A stretch of 23,117 nt of DNA from Octopus sinensis (Eukaryota), in the NCBI RefSeq assembly GCF_006345805.1, contig NW_021824757.1:1-23117 (forward strand), written 5' to 3'. Each line of letters begins with the position of its first letter. The stretch's first letter is position 1. This document shows positions 10,606-22,079 of this stretch, piece after piece. The notes below the pieces were generated by a model. That model ran no database searches. It was not told where the DNA came from and saw only the letters and a list, made by a program, of their open reading frames with translations. Position numbers and translations under genes: made by a program.

Positions 10606-10908
10606 TTGAGTTTTCTTCCTCTTTTAAAATCTTCTCTTTTCTTTCACCCTCTTTCTTTCTCTTGCACTTTCTTCTTACTACTCTCTTTTTACTCCTTTCC
10701 TTTCATTCTTCCTCCCTTTCGTTTTTTTTTCGTTCTTTCTGTCTTTGTTTTCTCTCTTGTTCTTTCTTTTCTTATCTTACGTTTTCATTTCGTTCTTTAC
10801 TTGTCTTTTCTTTTCTTTTTCGTTCTTTTTTTTAAACATTTTTTCTGTTCTCTTATTCTCTCTTTCTCTCTCTCTCTCTTTCTCTCTCTCTCTTTCTCTT
10901 TCTCTCTT

Positions 10909-10939
<31 letters not shown>

Positions 10940-10978
10940 TTCTCTCTTTCTCTCTCTCCCTTTCTCTTTTTCTCTTTC

Positions 10979-11012
<34 letters not shown>

Positions 11013-11025
11013 ACTCTCTCTCTCT
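10606..11025. repeat. Polypyrimidine / (CT)n tract
   Basis: Directly visible. Confidence 0.93.
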
Positions 11026-11124
11026 GTATTGCATCGAATCCCTTTACAAAATCATTGTCGTCTTCGTCGTCGATTCATCATTATCAACAACAACAACAAC
11101 AACAACAACAGCAGCAGCAGCAGC

Positions 11125-11455
11125 GGAGGCGCAATGGCCCAATGGTTAGGGCAGCGGGCTCGCAGTCGAAGGATCGCGGTTTCGATTCCCAGACCGGGCG
11201 TTGTGTGTGTTTATTGAGCGAAAACACCTAAAGCTCCACGAGGCTCCGGCAGGGGGTGGTGGCGACCCCTGTTGTACTCTTTCGCTCCAACTTTCTCTCA
11301 CTCTTTCTTCCTCTTTCTTGTCCCCGACTTCCTACGCAACCGCTGAGCCACGATGCGCATTCATCCATCCGTCGATGCTCTCGGTGTCGAGAGTTGACCT
11401 GCTTTCTCTTCTGCGGGTCTTATGAATAGCAAAGGACCACGTTTCGGACTTCTCC
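11125..11455 (+). mobile_element. tRNA-derived SINE family C
   Basis: A box TGGCCCAATGG 11135-11145 and B-box-like GGTTTCGATTCCC 11178-11190, followed by a non-tRNA body. Inserted in an (AAC)/(AGC) repeat. 3' end is approximate. Confidence 0.78.
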
Positions 11456-11568
11456 CATCTTTCGAGCTCTGGGACGAAGACCGTTCGCTCAACAGCAACA
11501 ACTGCTGCTGCTACTACGACTACCACAGGAAAAGGGGAAAAAAAAACCCCAAAAAAACAAAACACGGT

Positions 11569-11825
11569 ACTTTTGATGGGAACTACTTTATACAGCTTTT
11601 CCACTGGCTGTGAAGCTAAGTTTTCTTGAACACCTTCAGCAGCAGTGAGTCTAGGAACTTTTACATGCAAAGAAGATCGATAAATACATCAGATGAATTC
11701 AGGCATAGGGAAAGCACGCATTCAATATCTGAATCACCTAAGGCAGCGAGCTGACAGAATCGTCAGCGCGCCGGACGAAGTGCTTAGCGACATTTCGTCT
11801 GCCCTTACGTTCTGAGTTCAAATTC
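11569..11825 (+). repeat. Left arm of ~257-bp inverted duplication (includes the 5' ~85 bp of a family B SINE)
   Basis: Reverse complement of 13033-13293, with about 5 substitutions and 2 small indels counted by eye. Confidence 0.95.
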
Positions 11826-12029
11826 TTTATGATATTCGGATTGTTAAGCGGCCTTCTGGCCAAAAACGATATTCAGAAAACATCCACCATAAACAGCGAC
11901 GAATTCCCCCTCTTTACAAACAGATATAGCGGCTACCCAAAAGATTCATTTGGAAAATTCTGGAATCCTAAAATAAGAATGCCATTCATGCTTGTGGCCG
12001 AGCAAGAAGGAAAACAAAACAGTTTGAAC

Positions 12030-12293
12030 CGTATCATGAAAACTGTTCGAAAACAACAATATTCGAAAACAATTATTCAAAAAACAGTTATTCGAAATAA
12101 ATATCATTTGTCCACTTGATTTTTAATTTTTGCTTCAATAAAATTTTTAAAATTAGAATAATTAACATTTCGTATAATTGTCCTTTTGAATAATTTCCTT
12201 TCATACAATTTTCCATTCGAATAAATGTTTTTGGAATAATTGTTTTCGAGGAATTGTTTTCGAACTATTATTTTCGAACAATGTTCACAATCA
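12030..12293. mobile_element. MITE-like element with inverted subterminal ~15-bp repeats and a 7-bp TSD
   Basis: TTTGAAC flanks both sides (12023-12029 and 12294-12300). TTCGAAAACAA-type units on the left are mirrored as TTGTTTTCGAA on the right. Confidence 0.72.
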
Positions 12294-12339
12294 TTTGAAC
12301 ATGGTGCAGGGTTTGCTTAGTGATGGCTCAGATATTGAT

Positions 12340-13118
12340 TTCAATGTTTTGCACAAGGCCAGAAATTTCGAGAGAGGGGGATAAGTCGAATACATCAACC
12401 CCAAAGTTCAACTGGTTCTTAATTTATCGACCGTCGCGCTGACAATTCTGTCAGCTCGCTGCCTTAGGTAATAGTTCAGATATTCTTTTCTACTCTAGGT
12501 ACAAGGCCCAACATTTTTGGACAGGGGTCTAGTCGATTAGATCGACCCGAGTACGCAACTCGTACTTAATTTATCGAGGATGAAAGGATGAAAGGCAAAG
12601 TCGATCTCGACGGAAATTGAACTCAGAACATAAAAACAGACGAAATACCTATTTCTTTACTACCCACAAGGGGCTAAACACAGAGAGGAAAAACAAAGAC
12701 AGACAAACAGATTAAGTCGATTACATCGACCCCAGTGCGTAACTGGTACTTAATTTATCGACCCCGAAATATGAAAAGCAAAGTCGACCTCGGCGGAATT
12801 TGAACTCAGAACGTAACGGCAGACGAAATACAGTGAAGCAATTCGCCCGGCGTGCTGACGTTTCTGCTAGCTCGCCGCCTTTATAACTATGTAAACTAAA
12901 TATTCTTTTGTATTCTAGGCATAGGGCACGAAATTTTTGGGGAGGAGGCCAGTCGATTAGATCGGCCTCCGTACGTAACTGGTATTTAATTTATCGACTC
13001 CGAAAGGATGAAAGGCAAACTCAACCTCAGTGGAATTTGAACTCAGAACGTAAGGGCAGACGAAATGTCGCTAAGCACTTCGTCCGGCGCGCTGACGATT
13101 CTGTCAGCTCGCAGCCTT
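12340..13118 (-). mobile_element. Head-to-tail stack of four family B SINEs (about 12340-12465, 12485-12648, 12649-12881, 12905-13118)
   Basis: Repeated TTAATTTATCGA and GAACTCAGAAC blocks, 5' ends CTCGC.GCCTT, and three different 3' tails. Confidence 0.9.
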
Positions 13119-13293
13119 AGGTGATAGTTCAGATATTGAATGCGTGTTTTCCCTATGTCTGAATTCATCTGATGTATTTATCGATCTTCTTTGCATGTAA
13201 AAGTTCCTAGACTCACTGCTGCTGAAGGTGTTCAAGAAAACTTAGCTTCACCGCCAGTAGAAAAGCTGTATAAAGTAGTTCCCATCAAAAAGT
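13033..13293 (-). repeat. Right arm of inverted duplication
   Basis: Reverse complement of 11569-11825. Confidence 0.95.
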
Positions 13294-13500
13294 GCTTTTG
13301 GTAGTAAAAGATGACGCTGATGCTAAAATCGTTTGTTATAATGAAATCGCTCATTTGATTTGCCTGCGGTGCTGGCGAGGCCAATAACACTGGTCAAAAC
13401 GTTTCACAATTGCTCTTCAAAACCTCCTAGAATTGCAAAGCAGATACCACTATTACCTGCTTCTGGCACTAAACCTCATCACGGAGAATCCTGGAGATAC

Positions 13501-13665
13501 AGGCGTAGGAGTGGCTGTGTGGTAAGTAGCTTGCTTACGAACCACATGGTTCCGGGTTCAGTCCTACTGCGTGGTACCTTGGGCAAGTGTCTTCTACTAT
13601 AGCCTCGGGCCGACTGAGTGGATTTGGTAGACGAAACTGAAAGAAACCCGTCGTATATATATATA
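13501..13665 (+). mobile_element. SINE family A 5' half (split by a nested insertion)
   Basis: Head and boxes as at 7402; stops in the internal TA linker. Confidence 0.9.
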
Positions 13666-13666
13666 C

Positions 13667-14100
13667 GAAGAAATAGGAAATCCGTTTGAAAAAAACAAAA
13701 ACAGAACAGAGGCGGAGCAAAACAAATCGAACTAGCCTCCTAAGAGCCCATGGGCTCTTTGTTTTGCTCCGCCTCTGTTCTGTTTTTTCCAACGGATTTC
13801 CTATTTCTTCCTGAAGAGAAAGACACAATATGGTCTCATTATTCAATCGGATTTTGGTAAATTGTGCCTTTCGAAACACGTGTAGAATGATATAAAACGA
13901 TTTCTGTTCATTCTTCGTTCAGCTCCATTTCTTCAATTCACCAATAATATTAATATTCAATTATCCGCACCAACGCACGGTTGCAACACCATATGGTTGT
14001 ACCTCCAACCGTGCGGTCTTCTGCTGTGATTTTTGCTACCAAGGTAACGGTTAAACTTTTGATTAATCTACTACAAGATTATTCATCTTTCTATTTCACA
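13667..14100 (+). mobile_element. Family H2 hammerhead element copy 2, with an inverted 5' arm (13667-13750)
   Basis: 13667-13750 folds back on 13751-13810 around the palindrome AAGAGCCCA|TGGGCTCTT. The remainder is the reverse complement of 582-866. TA repeats lie on both flanks. Confidence 0.88.
13805..13890 (+). ncRNA. Type I hammerhead ribozyme motif (family H2, copy 2)
   Basis: UUC 13808-13810 / GAA 13885-13887. CUGAAGA 13811-13817. Stem II GAAAGACACAAU 13818-13829 / AUUGUGCCUUUC 13861-13872 (11 of 12 pairs). GAAA 13873-13876. Palindromic ACACGUGU. GUA, predicted cut after 13884. Confidence 0.82.
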
Positions 14101-14144
14101 TAATATATATTATATATTATATTATATAATATATATATTTATAT

Positions 14145-14424
14145 ATCGTGTTGTGGGTGTGTGTGTTGTGTGTGTGTGTGGTTGTGTGTGTTGTGTGGTG
14201 TGTGTGTGTGTGTGTGTTTGGTTTGTGTGTGTCCCCAACATCGCTTGACAACCGATGCTGGTGTGTTTACGTCCCCGTAACTTAGCGGTTCGGCAAAAAA
14301 AGATCGATAGAATAAGTACTAGGCTTACAAAGAATAAGTCCAGGGGGTCGATTTGCTCGACTAAAAAGCGGTGCTCCAGCGTGGCCGCAGTCAAATGACT
14401 GACACAAGTAAAAGAGTAAAGAGT
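14145..14424 (+). mobile_element. SINE family A 3' half (continuation of 13501-13665)
   Basis: TG linker, then a 3' domain matching 7676-7875 and the AAAAGAGT tail. Confidence 0.9.
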
Positions 14425-15123
14425 GTATCCAAGATCTAAACCTTGACACCAGTGTGACTTCATCACGGTCAGGCGACTTCACCTCAAAAGTCTATTTCGT
14501 TATATACAGTACCAGGATGCAGTTTATGACACAGATCAGTGGCTTGTCCACACGAAAGTCAGGTCGTAAAGAAAGAAGATTCATAATGCTAGTGCTAAGC
14601 CTAAGAGGAAGCGGCGCTTAGGCCTGACATAAGCTGCAAATTCAAAAAGGTGTACCACTTCAACACATGCCTCTAATCTATTTTCCTGTGTAATAGTGAG
14701 ACATTTGATGTAACCTATCTTTGAGACAATCTCAAACTATCATTCGCACTGCGGTAGTAGAAGCTTCAGAGAGCAAGAAATGCGTTCGGGACAACGATTG
14801 ACATTCATTCAACTCAGATACATTAGACTCCCACATTGCTGCTAAACGCAATGCTCTCCAAGCCTACAAAGATTGTCTACTACAAAGATCTTATGCATGT
14901 CATTACAGGCTTACCAGGCCATACCCTTTCTAGTTAGAAAATCTTTTCCAGATGATGATATGTATGACCCAAGATATTTGTAATCAGAAACCATATTTAA
15001 GGGCGTATTGTTGAGAGTATGGATGATGAAATCACTGTTGGATAGACACTTGTTTACACATTCAGTCTTGGACTCATTGACGTAAAGACCAACACAATTT
15101 GAGGTTTGTTCAAGAGATTGTAA

Positions 15124-15537
15124 ATTCTACTATATGGCTCAGAAACCTGGACGTTATCAAAGAAGCTTGAGAGGCGGTTGGATGGAACTTACACTCGCCT
15201 CTTTATGAGAGCTCAAAATCTCTCGTGGAAGCGTCATCCAACCAAAGTACAAATATATGGGAAACTACCACCTGTATCATCTCTTGTGAAAGGTAGGAGA
15301 GTCCAGTTTGCTGGACATTGTTGTAGAGTTGAAAATGAGGCAATTTCTACTCTTCTCCTCTGGAAGCCATCTACTCGCGATACCAGAGGGTGCACACTCT
15401 CCTACCTTTATGTAATCTCCAGGGATACAGGCCTCCAGCAACAGGACTTCCGTAATGCTGTGATGGACCGTGAAGTCTGGCGTAGCGTAGTAAATTCCAT
15501 TGTCTCGACCACGGTCGAACAATGATGATGATGATGA
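15124..15537 (+). mobile_element. 5'-truncated RTE-group (RTEX-like) LINE 3' end with (TGA)n tail
   Basis: Open frame ILLYGSETWTLSKKLERRLDGTYTRL..NLSWKRHPT..YGKLPPVS..RRVQFAGHC..MDREVWR, stop at 15523-15525, then a (TGA)5 tail. Confidence 0.88.
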
Positions 15538-15801
15538 CTACAAAGAACCATTCGGCAATTACAACAGCTAGAAACTTAATTCTAGGAAAATAGGAAATGG
15601 TCAGAATGGTATTAATAATGAGTATTGGAGCAGTCTGTCAAATAGCCTCCTGACACTGTAACAGGGAGATATTGGTTTGAAGGAAATCGACAGCATAAGC
15701 ATCAACGAAATGGCAAAGTAATGCTCAAATCTGAAACGATAATTTAATTACAGATAGAGCTGAATGGACGGAGTGAAGATTTCTTTGAATTTACTCAACG
15801 T

Positions 15802-15875
15802 TACTATTGCCTCGGATTGACCAAAGCCTTGTGAGTGGATTTGGTAGACGGAAACTGAAAGAAACCCGTCGTATG
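15802..15875 (+). mobile_element. SINE family A internal fragment
   Basis: GACCAAAGCCTTGTGAGTGGATTTGGTAGACGGAAACTGAAAGAA.CCCGTCGTA. Confidence 0.85.
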
Positions 15876-15878
15876 TAA

Positions 15879-16062
15879 GGATGGTCTGTTTAAAATGTTA
15901 CCGCTCGTGTGCCGTCTACCTAACTTTGTTAACTACAATAATATTTTTCTGTGATCACTGTGCAATATAGCGGATCTATATCCAAAGAACTTGAAGTGAA
16001 AATCGGAGTCAAGCAAGTACATGCACTCGTCTTCACACTTGTTGGTATCTTCCTTGCGTTGC
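15879..16062 (+). pseudogene. Decayed RTE/BovB-like RT fragment
   Basis: DGLFKMLP... then, after a frame disruption, TVQYSGSISKELEVKIGVKQVHALVFTLVGIFLA. This resembles RTE 'V..dGs.S..F.v.sGVKQGCVLAPTLFgIFf'. Confidence 0.65.
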
Positions 16063-16069
16063 TTCCGAA

Positions 16070-16241
16070 ACACACATATATATATATACATACATACGAC
16101 GGGCTTCTTTCAGTTTCCGTCTACTAAATCCACTGACAAGGCTTTGGTCGACCCGAGGCAAGAGTAGAAGACACTTACCCAAGGTGTCACACAGTAGGAC
16201 TGAACCCGGAACCATAAGCAAGCTACTTACCACACAGCCAC
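16070..16241 (-). mobile_element. SINE family A 5' half
   Basis: Matches 4245-4419 with a short internal deletion. Confidence 0.9.
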
Positions 16242-16632
16242 ATTCTCGTTGTTTTTACTTTTTTACGCCAACGACCACTTCGATGGCTTGGACCGACCCA
16301 TTTCATGGATGATAACTGTATTGTAAAAAAAAAAAAAAAACTCTGCTATACACGTATGCGAAACTGGCTTCTGGATTCTGAGGCAAATGCTATCTGCCCC
16401 TGCGATACAAAGATGTATATATCATGAGTCCTGCCTGCCTGGCTGGAAGCAGTCGCAGACTGTTACAGGATTCTCTGGAATCAGTAAGCGTCCAAAGGAT
16501 CAAAAACGGTGCACAAAACCTCCATTGGTTCGAGAGGTGATTACGTAAGCGTGTCTGTTGACGTCAGATGCATCTGGGTGAATGATCGGATTGTTACGCC
16601 AGTTGATTTGTCCAAAAGATGATGACGTAGAC

Positions 16633-16833
16633 CAGTGGTTTTCAACCAGGGTTCCGCCAGTACAGTCCAGGGGTTCCGCAAGAAGTTACAAAACTGCTAA
16701 AATCGGCAATAACTTTTAATTCTCCTGTGCAGATATGTGTGCATAAGACTATTAAATCATTGCACAGGGGTTCCTCGAGCCAGTGGAATGTTTCCTTGGG
16801 GTTCCGCTCCAGCAAAAAGTTTGAAAAGCACTG
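16633..16833. mobile_element. 201-bp hAT (Charlie-like) MITE
   Basis: TIRs CAGTGGTTTTCAA / TTGAAAAGCACTG. 8-bp TSD ACGTAGAC (16625-16632) / ACGTAGAT (16834-16841). Four internal GGGTTCC motifs. Confidence 0.9.
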
Positions 16834-17049
16834 ACGTAGATATATCTGTCGGCGACAACCTGTTTGGTGTGACACACGGTTAAAGACAAAAGATCCAATA
16901 TCAGGATCTGCGTTCGAATCACTCGGGTACCAAGAGGTCTCGGTTACAGTAATGTTGGTGTTGCAACTGTATGTGGAGCTAGTGATTTGGCCATAGTGTT
17001 CGTAGTGTGACTGTTGTGACTCTAGTAACAGTGGTATTGGTGCTGATGT

Positions 17050-17582
<533 letters not shown>

Positions 17583-17744
17583 TAGCGATAAGTGATGCTG
17601 ATGCTGCAGAGAAGAGAAAGCCAATGTCCCACCGAAGAAAGAATTTCTCTACCTCAAAAAGAAAAGAACCATTATTTTGCCTTGTTTTGTCACCGCGCCG
17701 CATGTTGAGAAATAGGTGAGGCAAAAAATACATACATGATATAG

Positions 17745-18104
17745 AAGGAGTAGGAGAAAGGAGAGAGAGAGAGAGAGTCAAAGAAAGAGGGCAGTGAAAG
17801 AGAGTGAGAGAGAGAGTCAAAGAAAGAGGGCAGTGAAAGAGAGAGAGAGAGAGAAGTGGAAGGGAGAGGAGGTTAATGAAAGAGAGACGGAGAGGACGAA
17901 GTATGGAAGCGGCGAGCAGTAAAAATGTCCCATCAGTTGTGTGCGAACGATGGAGCAAAGCATGTTCTTTAAGTTACTTGTTATATATGTGTCTGTCAGG
18001 AGATGGATAGATAGAGTTAGAAAGAGAGGGGGAGGGCGAGAAAGAAAGGGAGAGAGAGAAGAGAGAGAGAGGGGGGAAGTGAGGGAGTGACAAAGTGTGA
18101 GAGA

Positions 18105-18140
<36 letters not shown>

Positions 18141-18993
18141 ATGAAAGGGAATACGATGAGAATGTAAGCGTAAGGCTGTGTGATAGAGAGAAAAAGATAG
18201 TAAGGGAGAATAAGGAAGAGTGCAGAGTAGTGAAAGAATGATATAGAGAGTAAGAGGTTGAGAGCGTGAAGCAGAGGGGAAAAGAGAGTGTTAAGATTAG
18301 TGGAAGTAAGAGAGGGAGGGAGATATATATATATATAGAGAGAGAGAGAAAGAAAGGAAATAAGGAAAAGATAGCGAAATGTAGAGGTACAGAGAATGAG
18401 ATAACTAGAGGTAGAGTGTTTGGCTGGAAGAGAGGGAGAGAGAGAGAGGTGTGAGAGAGAGAGAGAGAGGTGAGTGAGAGAGAGGTGAGAGAGAAAGAGG
18501 TGAGAGAGAGAGAGAGGTGAGTGAGAAAGAGGTGAGAGAGAGAGGTGAGTGAGAGAGAGGTGAGTGAGAGAGAGGTGAGTGAGAGAGAGGTGAGTGAGAG
18601 AGAGGTGAGAGAGAGAGGTACGTGTGTGAGAGAGAAACGGTAGGATATCTTGAGAAAAAGAAAGAGAGCGAAAGAGAGAGATTAAGAATACTGAGTTAAA
18701 GAGAGGGGTAGGGGAGACAAAACTGGAGAAAGAATGTGAGAAAAGATACGAAAAAGGAAAAAAATTAGAAAGTAAGAAAGAATGAGAGGAAGAAAGTCAA
18801 AGAAGAAAAAAGAGGAATTGGGCGTTTTTATTTATGTTTGCAAAGACTAAGTTGTAAGTTGGTTACTGGAGAAAGAGAGAGAGAGAGAGAGAGGTGAATA
18901 GAGAGATGAAGGTAGAGAAAGAGAGAGAGATGCAGAATAGGGTGGATATATTCAGATAGTTTAGGGAGATAGATAGATAAATAGAAAGAGGTT

Positions 18994-19035
<42 letters not shown>

Positions 19036-19148
19036 GAAGAGATAGGAAGAAGATATAGAATAAGGTGAAGAAATAAAGAGAGGGAGATAGATAGGTAGAT
19101 TGAGAGGCTGATAAATATTTAGATAGATACTTAGATAGATAGACAGGC

Positions 19149-19193
<45 letters not shown>

Positions 19194-19345
19194 GAGTTGG
19201 GGAGATAGCAGAGAAGTGAAAAGAAAGGATAGAAAAGAAAGCGAGAGGTATTCGAAAACGAGAAGCAAAGAGAGAAGAATAAGCGAGAGATAGAAAGTAG
19301 AAAGAGAGAGAAAGAGAGAGAGAGAGAGAGATGATAATGGAGACG
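17745..19345. repeat. Purine-rich (GA)n domain with a GA/GGTGA minisatellite at about 18435-18620
   Basis: Directly visible. Includes a 40-bp tandem duplication at about 17768-17848. Confidence 0.88.
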
Positions 19346-19569
19346 ATGGGGGAGGATGTGAACACACGGTGCCATTCTCTAGGGCAACCACCTTGCTTCT
19401 GTTTTTAGGAAAAAAAAATTGTATATTTCTCACCCAATTCACCACCTGCCACCACCACCACCACCACTCTCACTACCATCATCACCACCTCCACTGCCGC
19501 CGTCACCGCCGCCGCCTTCCAGCCACAACAGTTACGAAGCAACGAGCAAGTTTCTTGGGTGGTTGCTGG

Positions 19570-21121
19570 AAAATGCTAGATATAGCAGGCAAATCTTACT
19601 TACTCAACTCACACCCAACAGTTAATTTCAACAAAGTGGGATACATTACATAATGTAGTCCGATGTATACACACACACACACACGCACGCACGCACACAC
19701 ACAGACACAGACACACTCAAACAGACACATACACACTCACACATGCACACACATACACACACACGCACTCACACAGTGTTTCAAATAAGATTGGGAATAC
19801 CGTTGATCATAATAGATCTGTTCAGTCAGGAATGGCCTAGGGTTAAACAACAAAACAACATCAACTACAGCGACAACAGCGACGTTGAGAAGAGGGGAAC
19901 CTCCGAGCAGTCGCTCGTCGTTCTAGAAATAGCAGCTACTTCTTCCCTCAGTTCACATCTTACTGACTTATAAAGAAGAAAAAAATGACACACTTGGACA
20001 ACGTGATTCGTGATGTAAAAGAGATGGATTGGTCACGGGTGGGACGTTTTTGATACAGGATCTACTCGCTCAGCGCTGAACGGAGGAAAGACAAGAACAA
20101 CAACATAACAATCGCCTTTACGTGGTCATCCAACGTGCGAGAAATAGATGCCAAATCTCCCTCTTAATCTGATCCTACCGTCTTAGAAAAGGAAGGACAT
20201 TCTAGACAACACAGTGCTTGACATACTTACAGACGGCATGGTCATGGTTGGACTATGAGTGTGCTCGATCAGGGCTGACCAGGGGCTAAGCAATAATACT
20301 ATCACTGGGTGTTGCTCTGTGGTTGTTAGGCCTAGTGAAAAGAGGGGAGATTTGGCTGTTAGAAATAGCAGCCAAATCTCTCTAAAACGGGAGGGATACA
20401 CGAAATAATGTAGTTACGCGACGCTGAAAATAAAAAGAAAAGAAAAGAAAAGAAAGCAACACGAAACAAAACGAAGGAAAAACTCAGACTAGATGGTCAC
20501 ATAGGGACGTCTTTGATTATAGGTCTGCTCGATCACCATCGCAATCACTTTTATCACTATTCAATAACATCGCCACCTCCACCACCACCACCACCACCAC
20601 CACCACCATCACATGAGACAATGTGGCTGTTGGCCTGCTAGAAGTAGCAGCCAAAATCTCCTTCGAGCCACACCCTAAACTTTTGTAATAGAGAACACGT
20701 TGGATAATGTGATCCTGGATTCTCTTACACATAACAAGTAGAAGAGATGGTTCCGGCTGGAATGCCTTTGATTTCTTTGATCATATGTCGGCCCGATTGT
20801 AGCTGACCTATGGCCATAAACCACAACAGCAACAATAAAACCAACAACAACAACAACAACAACAGAAAGACAGCATTTATAACCATTCTATTCTTCTGCC
20901 ACGAATACGAACCGAAAAGGGAGTCAGAATATGCTGTCACTCGGCTAGCTAAAAATAGCAGCCAAATTTCTCTCATATCATACCTTACTATCTTAAGAGA
21001 AAGAAGGACACACCGGAGCGTGATATATATATATATGCATCTATATATATATATATTATATATATTATATATATATATTATATTATATAGTATAGCTATA
21101 CATACATACATATATATATAC

Positions 21122-21177
<56 letters not shown>

Positions 21178-21201
21178 TATATACATACATACATAAATTT
21201 C

Positions 21202-21238
<37 letters not shown>

Positions 21239-21284
21239 TATATACAATTTCTTTCATATGTTTGTGAGTGTAATATATATATAA

Positions 21285-21320
<36 letters not shown>

Positions 21321-21640
21321 CACCACTTAAAAGTGGATGTCGTTAACACACACACACACAAACATACACACATATATAGTGTTTGTGTTTTGTGATAGAT
21401 ATATATACGTGTCATCACATACACACACATTTATGTATAGCTATGTATGCGTAAATACACCTTATGTGCGTATATGTAGAGATATGTGTGTGTATGCATT
21501 TAATGTATGTATGTATGTATATATATATATATATGTTACACATACTATGTCTAACCAAGACGTGGTTGGGACATCTTCGGTCATAAGGTGTGATCCATCA
21601 AGTCCTAACCTGAGGCTAAACGATAACAGAAGCCACAACA
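19570..21640 (+). repeat. Degenerate tandem array of about six family D units (about 215-350 bp spacing), interrupted by microsatellites
   Basis: Anchor (CTA)GAAATAGCAGCCAAATCTC recurs near 19579, 19926, 20141, 20362, 20641 and 20952. Each is followed by GGATAATGT-, GATGGTCA- and GACC.GGGCTAAAC-like blocks and AAC-rich tails. Confidence 0.75.
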
Positions 21641-21934
21641 CCAACCACCGTCACTGCTCTCAGCCATCAAAATCATCACCTCTATACATCGTTCGTATTT
21701 CCCCCTCCATCGTCGCCAACATCACGACGATGACTTCTACTGGTGTCGTCACCATCACCATCACCACCGTCGTCCCAAATTCTATGATGACGACTGCTGC
21801 TGCTGCTGCTGCTGCTGCTGGCTTTGCTTGCCATCATTTCGGACTTCTGCTTCTGCGGGCGGCATTGTCGTCGTCGTCGTTGTCGTCGTCATTGACTTCC
21901 GGTTGTGGGCCAGCAAATTATGTACCAGATTGCA

Positions 21935-22048
21935 TGCATGCATAAATGCACAAATATACATACATAAATACACACATACATACATTTGTACATACATACA
22001 CACATGCATACATACATACATACATACATACATACATACATACATACA

Positions 22049-22079
<31 letters not shown>

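Noticed and set aside
11125-11197. Possible tRNA gene
   Set aside because: A and B boxes are present, but there is no good acceptor stem or cloverleaf and no oligo-T terminator. It continues into a SINE-like body.
12030-12293. CRISPR-like regularly spaced repeats
   Set aside because: The units are adjacent with no unique spacers and are mirrored, in a eukaryotic context. A MITE explains them.
14430-15800. Complex sequence around the RTEX fragment, possible decayed transposase or exon
   Set aside because: No long ORF or motif that I can recognise. It needs BLASTX.
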